From Octopus sinensis (Eukaryota): DNA of 64,000 nucleotides. The DNA lies in NCBI RefSeq assembly GCF_006345805.1, contig NC_042999.1, positions 930,001-994,000 on the forward strand. Reading direction: 5' to 3'. Positions 24,975-37,716 of this stretch are shown here, in pieces. How positions within the stretch are numbered: the stretch's first letter is position 1; every line of letters starts with the position of its first letter. Both the position numbers and the translations under genes were made by a program. The notes under the pieces were generated by a model that saw only the letters and a list, made by a program, of their open reading frames with translations, was not told the origin of the DNA and ran no database searches.

Positions 24975-25225
24975 AATTAGTAATTTTGTTAGTGATTTAG
25001 TTAATCATTTAATTTCTTCGTGAATTAGTTAATTAATTTTGATTTAATTAGTTTATTAATTAATTAGTTAAGTAATTAGTTAATTAATTAGATGAATAGT
25101 TAGTAAGTTCATGAATTAGATAATTCCTTAATTAGGGAGTTAGTTTATTAATTAGTTAGTTAATGAGGTAGATAATTAGTCAATTAGTTGATAATATAGA
25201 AAATTAGTTAGCTGGCTAGATAGTA
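24975..25225. repeat. Degenerate (TTAG/TTAA)n low-complexity tract
   Basis: Direct reading; not telomeric TTAGGG. Confidence 0.8.
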
Positions 25226-25762
25226 CTTTAGACCCCTATTCACGGGATATGGGGCTGCCACAGCCTCTGAGTCTTCTCCGTCAAGTGCCAGGTCTCAAAC
25301 CTCATCTCAGATCTCACCATCACTCGCGAGATCTGTCACTCCTGAAAGGCACTTCTCCATGGGATGCCCTTGCACTCTGAGACTCTACGGAGACCACTGG
25401 AGATTCTGGTGAAAGGACTGGGTGAGTTAAGAAACTAACCGAATATTACATGCAATAGCAGGATAGATGAGTCAACGACAATAAGGCGAAGAATACCGCC
25501 ACAACATAATAGTGGCGATAAGAATATTACAGTACTGACAAATAACATACAAGTGGACGAGGATCTACGTTATAACAGAGAGAGGTATTATATAAATGTA
25601 AGAGCAAAGTGTCGAGGTGTAGGAAGAAAGTGAGCTTCAAACATTCCATAGTAAACATAAAAAACAACTTTGAAGGACAATAGTAGATTATTTGCGCGGA
25701 AGGTTGTGAATTTTTTCCCGTACGATAAACTGGGAAAAAAATTATTCTATATTTCACGGTTA

Positions 25763-26172
25763 CTCTTTTACTATTTTATTTGTTTCAGTCATTTGACTGT
25801 GGCCATGCTGGAGCACCGCCTTTAGTCGAGCAAATCGACTCCAGGACTTATTCTTTGTAAGCCTAGTACTTATTCTATTGGTGTCTTTTGCCGAACCGCT
25901 AAGTTACGGGGACATAAACATACCAGCATCTGTTGTCAAGTGATGTTGGGGAGGGGGGGCAAAGACAGACACACAAACATATACACACACACATATATAT
26001 ATATACATATATATACGACGGGCTTCTTTCAGTTTCCGTCTACTAAATCCACTCACAAGGCTTTGGTCGGCCGGAGGCTATAGTAGAAGAGGCGTGCCCA
26101 AAATGTCATGCAGTGGGACCAAACCCGGAACCATGTGGTTGGTAAGCAAGCTACTTACCACACATCCACTCA
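25763..26172 (-). mobile_element. SINE family A, full length
   Basis: Complete reverse-complement copy. Confidence 0.92.
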
Positions 26173-26940
26173 TTACGGTTGGCAGCCAGGTTTGCCGGAT
26201 ATGCGAATAAAAATACAAGAGTTAAGGAATTGTGTAGATGAAGTCTGGGCCACATATGTTCCATGGCGAGTAGAAGCTCTGAAGCAGCGAAAATTCAGAA
26301 AATAGTGTATTCCTCAGGCTAATCTTCAGGACAAGTTTCTCTTGATCAAACGAGATTTTAACTTGTCGTTAGAAGGCCCATGTTAACGCACGCAGGAATA
26401 CATATTACGTATTTTATTTCATTATTTACAGCACATTTCAAGCAAAATTCTTGTGTGTGTTCCATTTTAATATCACAGATGTTTCTATAGTGGTGGTAGA
26501 AAATTATTGATTTTCGGAGAGAGAAATTACTTCTTACTTGAAATAAAACTCAATCAACCATTGTTATTTACGTAGACATCAAAGATAAAACTTTAGAACA
26601 TTTTCTTTCAGTCCTCTCCATATTTTTACCAAAATAATAATTATATTCCGTTACTACTTCTACATCTAAACACTCCTCCTCCTACTGCTACTACTACTAC
26701 TACTACTACTCTTCGGTGTGAAAGGCCAAGAATTTTGTGGGAAGAAGTGAAGTCGATAACAGCGTCCCCAGTATTTGATTGGCACTTGATCTTATCGATT
26801 CTGAAGAATGCAAAGCAAAGTTGGTCTCAGCGGGATTCTAACTCAGAGTGTAAAAAGTTAGAAGTCCGACTTAGTATTTTGTGCAACTTGCTAATAACTC
26901 AGCCAATTCGTTGCTCCGGTTAGTTCCATTTTCAGGTATT

Positions 26941-27275
26941 TACGAGGTACATTCAAAAAGCATCTGTCTTTATTTTTTACCGCCAAAACTAATACCACGT
27001 GGTAAAAATTCTTTCAGCAGGAGGTGACACTACCCTTTCTGAGTGTAAGCCGACTCAGTTCTCAGCTGTTATGCCTTGAGTACAGAAATACATTGCGCGC
27101 TTGTCGGGGCTTTGTTGTCACGCAAAATGAGCGATTTCATTGAGCAGAGACATAAACCCATGCCCCGTCACTAGTGATAATAGCCATCAATAACGGTTTT
27201 TAGAGAAACAAAAATGTGGAGAAATATGATTATTCAGTGGATATTGAGTTTTGTATTAATAAATCACCTTTGATT
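26941..27275 (+). mobile_element. Mariner-like 5' end / deletion derivative
   Basis: TACGAGGTACATTCAAAAAG TIR-like start; ATG AGC GAT TTC ATT GAG CAG AGA (MSDFIEQR) resembles mariner N-termini. Confidence 0.5.
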
Positions 27276-27464
27276 TTTTGGTTTTTACTTTTGTTAAATT
27301 CCGGCGACGAGGATTAAATCTAGATTCCCCCGAAGGGTTTAGATTTGCGATACTAAATCTTTTATTTCCCATCATAGATTCGCTATCTTACTATAATGAG
27401 CATTATGTCTGTCTGTCTGTCTGTCTGTCTGCCTCTCCGTCTCTTTGTCTGTTCCTTCAGTGGT

Positions 27465-27888
27465 TTTCTCAGTCCAACATATCTTGAGCGATTTCCATTC
27501 GGAGTTACTTTGCTGCTTGGTCAGCAACTTGGGGGCGAATTTCATTAACAAACTCCACATGTACAAATCCTCCGTTAAAATGGAATGCACTGAATCAATG
27601 CTTATTCTCATTTCGTGAACAATTTCTTGGACTATTATACGACGGTCTTCCATGACTATTCACCGAACCTTCTCAATCCGTTCCTCGTTTTGGTTTATGG
27701 ATGGCTTATCTAAGCGTACCCCAGCCTCCATTGAAGTGCGGCTATGTTTGAGGCAGTTGCACCACTTCTCCCACTGAGTTTTTCTTTCCTAAGGCATCAT
27801 TGCCAAAGACCTTCTGAATATTCTGGATCATTCTAACCCGAGTATCGCCAAGCTTTTGGTAAAACTTGATGCAATATCTCTGTTCAGT
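27465..27888 (-). pseudogene. Mariner transposase N-terminal (HTH) remnant
   Basis: EQRYCIKFYQKLGDT...EERIEKVR*IVMEDRRIIVQEIVHEMRISIDSVHSILTEDL...KFAPKLLTKQQ is typical of mariner transposases; contains stops and frameshifts. Confidence 0.88.
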
Positions 27889-27891
27889 TAA

Positions 27892-28135
27892 GGTGGTGAG
27901 CTGGCAGAAACGTTGGCACGCCAGGCGAAATGCTTAGCGGTATTTTGTCTGCCGCTACGTTCTGAGTCCAAATTCCGCCGAGGTCGGCCTTGCTTTCATC
28001 CTTTCGAGGTCGATTAAATAAGTGCCAGTTACGCACTGGGGTCGATATTATCGACTTAATCCGTTTGTCTGTCCTTGTTTGTCCCTTCTGTGTTTAGCCC
28101 CTTGTGGGTAGTAAAGAAATAGGTATTTCGTCTGA
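27892..28135 (+). mobile_element. SINE family B, full length
   Basis: GGTGGTGAGCTGGCAGAAACGTTGGCACGCC head, core and CCCCTTGTGGGTAGTAAAGAAATAG tail. Confidence 0.9.
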
Positions 28136-28354
28136 AATAGGCTCCCAACCTCTGTATCATGAATGGTTATGTGGACCACTCCTAACAAAAGCCAGAGGTT
28201 CCTTCGACCACTACATAAGAAGTATTAAGAAAAACTAAACTTATTTAGATATACTTATATTTTAGTTGCTTACACTATTTTAGTTTGTTTATATTCTCTT
28301 ACATTCAAAGTTCACAAAATTCCTTATTTAAATTATGAATCATATTCCTTGTTA

Positions 28355-28545
28355 CAAGGGCGGCGAGTTGGCAGAATTTACGTTGTCTTTACGTTGAGTT
28401 CAAATTCCGTCGAGGTTGACTTTACCTTTCGTCCTTTCGGGGGTCGATAAATTAAGTACCAGCTGTGTACTGAGGTCGATCTAATTGACTGGCTCCACCT
28501 CCCACAAAATTTCGCCCCTTGTGCCTAGAGTAGAAAAGAACAGTA
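28355..28545 (+). mobile_element. SINE family B variant
   Basis: Head, core and CCTTGTGCCTAGAGTAGAAAAG tail. Confidence 0.85.
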
Positions 28546-29065
28546 TCCTTGTTAATGCGATGCCTAGTTTTTGCTATAGGTCGGCCCTTGTCATTTGAGG
28601 GGAATTGTGAGGAGATTTCAAACGGGATTAAACAGTCTCAGCTGGAAGTAAACACAGGAAAGTCTATTTAAGGAAAGTCAAGAATGGACAAACGCTTTCA
28701 TTTTATCACCATCGTCCTTTACTCAAAAATACAGCAAACAAGATTGAAACACTTAACATGTTGCTTCTTTGAGAAGGGTCAGGTTCAACCTGCAGTTAGT
28801 CCATCGACTTTCAGTACCTTCTACATGTACGGTGAAATTAGAACAGTCTGGCAGAGCATGCTCATTTATGCGCCGAGAGTTCAGAATCTGCAGATTGTTA
28901 TATGATGTGCAGGTGTTTTCGAACTTTGTCGAGAATATTTAGGTATTTTGTTTGAAGAAGCAGAATTCTTGAATGAAACGTAAGTCAAAATTGAGAATCC
29001 GATCCCAAAGAATATCAGACAGTCACCATTCTCTACTTACCAAGCAATACGAAAGAAAGCTGAAC

Positions 29066-29112
29066 ATCTGTGCTGATGAAGGAAAATAACTCAGAAATCG
29101 CGATACACAGAT
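29066..29112 (+). ncRNA. Minimal type I hammerhead motif
   Basis: ATCTGTG-CTGATGA-(14 nt)-GAA-ATCGCGAT-A-CACAGAT: perfect 7-bp helix I, palindromic helix III, AUA site; helix II poorly paired. Confidence 0.7.
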
Positions 29113-30818
29113 ATTGATTTGAGCTGAGTGGGGTGTTAGATGCTTGTTCGAAAATATAAGGATGCAGATCGTGTCGTATAGCCAGCTGGAGAAGATGTCT
29201 CCTGGGGTTGAATTACAGCAACATTCGTCCTAAACCAGGACTGCCATGTTATGTTGGCAAACAATCTTTACTACATCTGTGATATTATTAGGGAGACTTT
29301 GGGAACAAATAACGAGCTGATGAGTAGGCTACAACAGAGGACAGGAAGTCCCAAAGACTGTAGAAAGCGTGCATCGATCTTTCGTATGGTAGCATTACAT
29401 TCGAAATTAATGGTTTGTGATAACTTCTGCTGGCATGTGGAACTATGTAGAACGGATACCATCGCACATACGACGGAACAGGCTATCAGTTGGATCCCCT
29501 TAAACTTTGTCCCATTGCATTCCTTCGGAAAATCAGAACACGTTTCTTTTCTGTATTTGTTGTCAATTCAAAAGAGACGGAACAGCTGAAAGCAAACTGT
29601 TTCTCCCACTCAACCCCTAAATAACGGTTTCAGATATCCACTGCGATAGAATTTTAGGGCAGTTAGAGAGCCGCAGCACCGAATAGAGTTTGAGACTAGT
29701 AGTATCAACATGTGAAATTTATGTGTATAAGAAAACCAATGGTTCAACTTTATCAGCTATTTGCAGTCGCGACCGGGTGAGTACTGGCAGTAGAAGGCTT
29801 TAGGCTTCTTGGGGAACTTTGATTTTTCCCTTTGGTTGCCGTTCTCATACCATTTTCGGTGCTTTTATTTACTCTGTCATGTCATAAATATGTGTTTTTC
29901 TTTCATTGGACATTACGTTTTCGTTATTCTGTTGCTTCTCATATATATATATATATATATAGAAATAGCACAACATACTTCATTGTATTATGTTTTGAGA
30001 ATATATATATATATATATACACATACATACAGACATACATATATGCATACAGACATACATATATGCATACATACATATATATATACATACATATATATAT
30101 ACATATATATATGCATATATATATATATATAAATATATATATATATATGCACATATATATGCACATATATATAGATAGATATATAGATAAATATATATAT
30201 ATATACGCATACATACATACGTATGTTACTTTTGTGTTTGAACTAGTGACACAGTAAAACACAATTCAAAATAAATTACATCTAAACATATCCGCACAAA
30301 AGATAAATTTTTGAAAAATATTATCGAAATCAGAAAATAAAAAAGAAATACTTATTCGCAACTTATTATCAGTAAAAAAAAAAAGAAGAATTTTCAACGA
30401 AAACATGTTAAATATGCACACACATATATACATATATATATGAATGTATCTATGTATGTGTGTGTGTGTGTATAAATTTCAAAACCTATAATCGACAGTT
30501 TTATGAATAATAAAGGAGAATTATTTCCCCCGAAGGGCTTTGCAAGACATGGGAACTGCTATGTTAGCTATTATATAAAATGTATATTTATTGAAGTTTA
30601 AAAAAAATATTGTGGTAAAAAGTAATCTTACATAGAGACAGAAAATTTTCAGATTCATTCGAGAACCGAGTGCAAACGTATTGCTCTGTGGTGAATGACT
30701 TTTTCTTATGAAAACACCGAATTGCTTCTCATTGTTTTCTTATAATACAAGACGGCGTATAGACACACTCTCACACAAGAACACAGTCGGATACGCACGC
30801 ACACACGCACACACACAT

Positions 30819-30864
<46 letters not shown>

Positions 30865-31136
30865 ACACAAACACACGCACACATTTCTGACCTTTTTAAT
30901 AATCGTTTTTGGCTTCGTGAGGACATTAGACTTGAGCTAATGTTTGCTGCAACGCAAAATGCAGATGTTCTGAAATCAAATTCCGTTGGGCTCGACTTTG
31001 CCTCTCATCCTTTCAGGATCAATGAAGCAATTACCAGCTGACCACTTAAATCAAAATAAATGACTAGTCCCGCCCCACGAAAAAAAACAAATGTCAGGCC
31101 TTTTGCCTACAACGGAAAGTATTATTGTTAGTGTTA

Positions 31137-31185
<49 letters not shown>

Positions 31186-31341
31186 TATTTATTAAAATTT
31201 TTTTTTTTAAGACGTCATACAGCATCCAATATCGCGGTGTTGTTGATTGAAGATATTTTGTCTACCCAAGGTTTGTACTGTCCGTCAAGTCACAACAAGG
31301 ACCCCAGACAGACAGTACTTTACGCAATATGCGTGCAGTTC

Positions 31342-31575
31342 AAGGCGGTGAGCTGGCAGAAACGTTAGCACGCCGGGCGAAATGCGTAGCTGCATTTCGT
31401 CTGCCGTTACGTTCTGAGTTGAAATTCCGCTGAAGTCGACTTTGCCTTTCATCCTTTCGGGGTCGATTAAATAAGTACCAGTTACACACTGGGGTCGATG
31501 TAATCGACTTAATCCAATTGTTTTTCCTTGTTTGTCCCCTCTATATTTAGCCCCATGCAGGCAATATAGAAATAA
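31342..31575 (+). mobile_element. SINE family B, full length
   Basis: Head, core and tail all match other B copies. Confidence 0.9.
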
Positions 31576-32802
31576 ATATGCGTGCAGTTCCAAGTAAAGC
31601 TGATTTTTGCAATGCGCCTAGATTGTAGGATATTTCTAAAGTTTCCAGGTGTTTTTAAAGATAGGGTGGTATTGAACCCAATGCTCTGATGACAATAGGG
31701 ACGACGTTTAAGTTTGACTCTCGTAGCTGGTCCCTCTTAGTGATCTCAATTATCAGGTCTCCATACTTATCAATCGTTTCTCTTTCTTTCACGATTTCCA
31801 TAATAAGTCTGCTTCAGTGATAAGTGTTAATGATTCGACAGCTGTATATTAAGTGGATGTGAGTAGTGAGTTGGCGATAATGAAAATGTGTCTCTCATAA
31901 CTTGTCATAAAAATGATGCATGGAGAAGTAAAGCGGAAATTATCTCTAAGAGCAGAAAACACAAGATAGCTACACATTGACGAGGGTAGAGAAAAGAAAC
32001 ATGAATTAAACAAGTGATAGACATAGAAATATTTGGAAATTAATGAACAAGACAGTTGAATATTTAGGAAAAAGTTTGGGTGGTATCTAGAAATACTTCA
32101 AGAAAACAATTATAAGGAAATGAACTCCTAACACTAAGATATACGGCTGTCGTAATTGCTCTAGTTTGGCGCCAGTTAAATGAAGTCAATTAGAAATGAA
32201 GCAGAAAGGTGAAACTTGAAAACGAAAATAAATGAAAGCTAGCAGAAGATGAACTTTGTAATTATTTTAGAAACAGGCGAAAGAAAAATACGTCTTTCTC
32301 GTTATAATAAAATAACTGTAGCGCCAAAACAAAAATATCTAAAATAAGAAATTACGTACAAATTCCTAAATGCACACATAATTAGTAACAACGACTGGTT
32401 AATGAATAAATAATGAATGCGGAGTAAGACACGTGAATCGTTATGTAACATGCATAATTAGAAAAAGAGTTAGAAAATAGGAAGAAAATATAAAGCTCTT
32501 ATCGACAGCAAAGATAGAATATGAAGAGTCTCGTAAAAATATAAAGTATATGAGAAAATATGAAATAGAAAGATATAAGCGGGTAGATGCTAAAATCAAA
32601 GCGATATTAATTAACTCACAAGACCTTGGGGTTTCCTTGGGATGCAAATTTAGAAATATAGTCGGAAAATATACTGTATCTATAACGAAAACTGTGCATC
32701 ATATTGCTTATAGTTCCTTATCTGAAACGCAGCAAATCCACTCACTCATACCCACACCGATGTATATATTTATGTATCAGTATATGTATATGTATGTGTA
32801 TG

Positions 32803-32855
<53 letters not shown>

Positions 32856-32879
32856 TATATATAGATAGATAGATAGATA

Positions 32880-32960
32880 CTTTATTTAAAGCAGCTGAAA
32901 TTCGACAAAACCTCTTACTCGGAGTTTCATGATCCCGTTCGTCGGACAGTTTACACCGGT
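32880..32960 (-). mobile_element. Diverged copy of the HHR-bearing repeat at 41670-41750
   Basis: Minus strand ACTGT-CCGACGA-ACGGGATCAT-GAA-ACTCCGAGT-A-AGAGG; core and helix I mutated. Confidence 0.65.
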
Positions 32961-32961
32961 A

Positions 32962-33043
<82 letters not shown>

Positions 33044-33250
33044 AAATAGAAAGATGAATAATCTTGTTGCAGATTAATCAAAAGTTTAACCGATACCTTG
33101 GTAGCAAAAATCACAGCAGAAGACACCACGGTTGGAGGTACAACCATATGGTGTTGCAACCGTGCGTTGGTGCGAATAATTAAATTTAATATTATTAGTG
33201 AATTGAAGAAATGGAGTTGAACGAAGATTGAACAGAAATCGTTTTATTGC

Positions 33251-33331
33251 ATTCTACACGTGTTTCGAAAGGCACAATTTACCAATTCCGATTGAATAAT
33301 GAGACCATATTGTGTCTTTCTCTTCAGGAAG
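33251..33331 (-). ncRNA. Type I hammerhead ribozyme with long helix II
   Basis: Minus strand TTC-CTGAAGA-GAAAGACACAAT...ATTGTGCCTTTC-GAA-ACACGTGT-A-GAA; helix II 11 of 12 pairs; helix I only 3 bp. Confidence 0.7.
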
Positions 33332-33339
33332 AAATAGGA

Positions 33340-33975
33340 AATCCGTTGGAAAAAACAAAAACAGAACAGAGGCGGAGCAAAACAAATCGAACGAGGCTCC
33401 TAAGAGCCCATGGCCAAACTGTTTATCAATGTATGTTGAAAACGGGTGGTGGGTGCGTTGAAGATTTTAACGGGTCAGGCAGCGGTCATTCCGGTGGGTG
33501 AGGGCACGGGGTGCGTAGATGTTCTTTGTGACCGAGACTAAAGTTCTGACTATTTAAAGAATATTAGGTGTATTATATGGGGCGAGCCAAAATCTACTTA
33601 GAACATGTGTGTGTGTACTGTTCTATATATGTGCGGCCGCAAGTTGGTAAGAAGCGCTACACATGTAGTAGAGTGCAGTATAAAGCTCGTCTAGCTTCAA
33701 TTTATCCAGTGTTATCCAGTACTAGTATTATACGCACTTCCAGGTTTGTGTTTGAGCATCTGTCATGTGTGAATAGAGAATTGAAAAAATTGGAATCGGC
33801 AAGAAGGGGTACGGTCGGGCATTTATTTTCTAATCACTCCAATTGTTTCCACTCAACGTTGTTCTACAGGCATGCAGGTACTTGATTATACAACTGTTTC
33901 CCTGCATTACGAAATCTAGTTGTGCTTCTTCAGGCGATATGTAAATATTGTCTCCGTAAGTTTAAAATCCTCGGA
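33340..33975 (-). mobile_element. Penelope-like element 3' remnant (decayed GIY-YIG region)
   Basis: LTETIFTYRLKKHN...NNVEWKQLE and NTNLEVRII resemble PLE endonuclease segments; lies directly 5' of the HHR on the same strand. Confidence 0.5.
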
Positions 33976-34084
33976 TTCAAACCTGCAGTTTTACATTGTA
34001 TGTATGCATGTATGTATGTATGTATGTATGTATGTATGTATGTATGTATGTATGTATGTACGCATGCATGCATGTTTTGTCAGG

Positions 34085-34620
34085 TCACTTTCGATTGCTA
34101 CTGGTAACATGTAACCCAGTACAACCTGTTGCATGGTCGGCGACTAAACCGGCAACCCCACCAAGCTTGCTTGGTAAGGAGGGTGTTTATTGGGCACCCT
34201 GTGGGATGAAAAACAAAATCCGTCAAAGGGCGGAGGAACTCTTGAGACTCAACGGCCATCCAATAAATGTTTCAAGGATGTATCATGCGCGGGGACATAG
34301 AAATATTCGGACTGAATACCCGATCGCGCGGTTAAACCATTGGGGGTGAAGGACTCCTAGCCTTTGTTAGGGTATCCTTCTAGGAGAAGGTAACTCAGGT
34401 AACTGGGATAACTCCGACCCAAATACTGTGGCTCAGTGGTTACCGATGATGTTGACTTATTCTTCTTTTCGGATTATGGCTGCTGTTGCTTAGTGAGTGG
34501 GACTGACTCAGTGCACAGCCTTTCCTCACTTTAAAAGAAATCTTCTTGCACAAGCATTGCACGATAACAATGTTGATTAAGCTTCGTTCAATTGCCATAC
34601 TCGATAACGAGGGGGCAGCC
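34085..34620 (+). mobile_element. Unclassified GC-richer repeat, possibly a LINE 5' UTR
   Basis: Abrupt GC-rich block between (TATG)n and (GATA)n; family assignment not supportable. Confidence 0.3.
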
Positions 34621-34649
34621 ACCATGCATGCATGTATCTATGTATTATG

Positions 34650-34651
<2 letters not shown>

Positions 34652-34738
<87 letters not shown>

Positions 34739-34790
34739 TGATTGACTGATTGACAGATTGACTGATTGACTGATTGATTGATTGAATAAC
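34652..34790. repeat. (GATA)n grading into (GATT/GACT)n
   Basis: Direct reading. Confidence 0.95.
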
Positions 34791-35690
34791 TGAGTGATAT
34801 TACCGCATGGCTTTTGATAACCCAGCTACTAGTGAAATAAACGACGAAAAATAGAATCCGAAAGTAAAGCTTGGTAGACTATACCAAAGAGCTGAGAGAA
34901 ATTCTGTTAATTTCCGTTGTTAACAATTCTATGATACCACCCAAAATACAAAGAAAGCAGGGAAATACAAAATGTACAAAAAAGATATATTTTGATCCAA
35001 ATCGTTGATGAAAGCGTGGTTTTTTTATATCAAAACTGACATGATGTGTTTTCTCACCTTTAGTCTGATTCTTTGTGGTTGACAGTAAAGAAGAAATATA
35101 TCAAAAGGAACTTTCGATTTGAAAGCTCGAAAAGAGGTGAAAGGCCTTCCAATAAATAAACAAATAAATAAATAAAGTCTCGCTGGGAATAAACAGAAAA
35201 AAGCTTGAAGAGAAATGTTGAACCATCCAGGATTGGAACAGTTCAAAGAGCTGGACAAAATAGTCAAAACAGCGGTATGAATGTAAACATCATACAGGTG
35301 AAACTAAAGTTGTGTGTGAGAGGGTTGAAAAAATAATAAGAGTTTAGAGCTTTTCAAGTACAATGTAAAAAAAAATCTGTACCATGCGCACAAACACTGC
35401 TTACATATTTCAATATTTGGAAAACCCTTTCAAAGAAAACATTAAAACTAAACCCCCAAGCAGCCCTCAAGCAATATTTGCTGTTAAGGGGATTGATAAA
35501 TTAAGTATTAGTTAGTTCATTAGTTAGTTAGTTAGTTAGTTAATTTGGCTCAAAAGCAAATAGCAAGGCCATGTAGGGGGAAACACTGCGATCGATTTAA
35601 TCGCCTGTATTTCTTAACCAAATTTCTAACAATTTCCCATGCCTGAATTTATCATTTATATTATGATATTATTATATGATATTATTATAT

Positions 35691-36252
35691 GGCGCATGGC
35701 TCAGTGGTTAGAGCGTCCAGCTTACGGTCGTGAGGTTGGAAGTTGAATCCCGGACAGGACTGCGTGTTGTGTTCTTGAGCAAGACACTTTATTTCACGTT
35801 GCTCTAGTTCACTCACCTGTAGAAATGAGTTCGACGTCACAGGTGCCAAGCTGTATCTGCTGTTGCCTTTCCCTTGGATAAAACTGGTGGCGTGAAGAGG
35901 GGAGGCCGGTATGCATGGGCGACTGCTGGTCTTCCATAAACAACCTATTTCTTCACTACCCACAAGGGGCTAAACACAGAGTGGACAAACAAACGGATTA
36001 AGCCGATTATATCGACCTCAGTGCGTAACTGGTACTTATTTAATCGGCCCCGAAAGGATGAAAGGCAAAGTCGACCTCGGCGGATTTTGAACTCAGAACG
36101 TACCGGTAGACGAAATACCGCTAAGCATTTCGTCCAGCGTGCTAACGATTCTGCCAGCTCGCCGCCTTATAAACAACTTTTCTCAGATTTGTGCCTGGGA
36201 GGGTAACCTTCTAGGTGCAATTCCATGGTCAGTCATCACCGAAGGGGGTCTC
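35691..36252 (+). mobile_element. SINE family C interrupted by a minus-strand family B copy (35947-36168)
   Basis: A-box TGGCTCAGTGG head; uninterrupted sibling at 39571-39873; duplication ATAAACAAC(C/T)T at 35936-35946 and 36169-36179. Confidence 0.88.
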
Positions 36253-36271
36253 AATTATATGAAACCTTACA

Positions 36272-36635
36272 TTGTCTGAATGGAGATAAAACCGAAATTA
36301 GATGACTACAATTACTTCGGAAGTCATATCTCCAAATCCAAAAATGATACAGAAATGAGAATTAGTAAAGCATGGTAAATGCTTAATTTTTTTAATGCTT
36401 GCGTAAGATATAGAATTCCTTATCTTCCACGCAAAACTGAAATAATCGTTTTCAGAGCTGCAGCTAAATGAATTTAATTTATGGTTCGATAACATGGACA
36501 TTTGCAGCTTCCATGAAAAAAATATTGAATAGCATGTACAACGCCAGAATGCTTCATTCATTTCTAAACATGTCATGGCGTCAACACAAAGTGTTGTACA
36601 AAAGATATCCCATCTATATCATACAGGATTCTAGA
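36272..36635 (+). pseudogene. RTE-clade LINE ORF2 remnant (post-RT region)
   Basis: Frame-shifted DYNYFGSHI, MRISKAW, FRAA, GSITWT and LNMSWRQH match the RTE YLGS..RIxKAW..YGxxTW..LNISW signature. Confidence 0.7.
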
Positions 36636-37419
36636 TCTGTCTGAAAACCACTACTGCTGCATTTGATTTCTTAATGTGCTTTATATTGTTTTAACCTTAC
36701 TTTGAAAATCATGATTATATTAACGCAATCTAATTTACTTTATTAAATCAGCAAGGTCAAATGTGTGTCATGTTATTATCGAGTATCTGTTTCAGGAGCA
36801 TCTTTCCTATCTCATAAATTTTCTAATTTCATCTGAAAAAATTAGGGCCTTATAACATTTCTTGAATTTGTTTATATCATATTTAAGAGTAGTTTGGAAG
36901 GTATTATTGTGCTAACGAAATATAATATTCGTTATTATATTCGAAAAGCTAGATTTTATGTTCGTTATTAAATTCAAGAGGCTGGATTTAATGTTCGCTA
37001 TTAAATCTAGAAGGTCGAAGGGTAGTTCCATGCTTTGCTACCATGGTTGTTTGATGTTATATAATTTTTGAAGTTAGAGTTGATGAAATGCGCTATCAAC
37101 GACATGCGCCTAACTGAATCCCCGGTTTTCTCTTGGCTATTCCTGATTCAGAGATCATTTGAATAATCTAGAATGCTTTTTGGCAGAGCTCTGAGTGATA
37201 TAATTCTGTATTTGATAAAGTCCCCATTTTGCTATATTATGGGCGATCGACTATAATGGGTCTCTCTATACCACAACATATCTCAATCCATTTGAAGGAT
37301 TTTCTGATAAGTAATATATATGTTGCATGGCGCAACCAGTCATTAAACGATGACGGTAATATCACAAGAGGGACCTGTCTCTCGTGTCAGTTTTCAGTGT
37401 CTGCCTTTCCAGCCTCTGT

Positions 37420-37716
37420 GGAGAAACATGGCTTAGTGGTTAGAGCAGCGGACTCGCGGTCGAGGGATTGCGGGTTCGAATCTCAGACCGGGCGATGTAT
37501 GTGCTTATGAGCGAAAACACCTAAGCTCCACACGGCTCCGGCTGAAGGTAATGGCGAACTTCTACTGACTCCTTCACCACAACTTTCTCTCACTCTTTCG
37601 TCCTGCATCTTACAGCTCACCTGCAACGGACCGGCGACCCGTCCAGGTGGGGAACCTATACGCCAAGGAATCCGGGAAACCGGCCCTTATGAGCCAAACA
37701 TGGCTCGAGAAGGAAC
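37420..37716 (+). mobile_element. SINE family D, full length
   Basis: A box TGGCTTAGTGG, B box GGTTCGAATC; sibling at 63305-63603. Confidence 0.88.

Noticed and set aside
24975-25225. Possible interstitial telomeric repeat
   Set aside because: Units are TTAG/TTAA, not TTAGGG, and are highly degenerate.
28946-28990. TTGAAGA...GAAACGTA-AGTCAAAA second hammerhead upstream of 29066
   Set aside because: Needs a C3 change, a 2-nt deletion in helix I and has no helix II; too many assumptions.
31681-31745. CTGATGA followed by an AGGGAC/GTCCCT stem
   Set aside because: No GAAA half follows the stem.
33885-33936. Minus-strand CTGAAGA...GAAACAGTTGTA
   Set aside because: Helices I and II do not pair, and it lies within the decayed coding region.
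35058-35145. 88-nt minus-strand exon candidate (RPFTSFRAFKSKVPFDIFLLYCQPQRIRLK)
   Set aside because: Good donor but weak acceptor adjacent to a TTTA repeat; no recognisable homology.
37420-37495. tRNA gene
   Set aside because: A and B boxes are present but there is no closing acceptor stem, and it continues into a SINE body. The same holds for the other tRNA-like heads.
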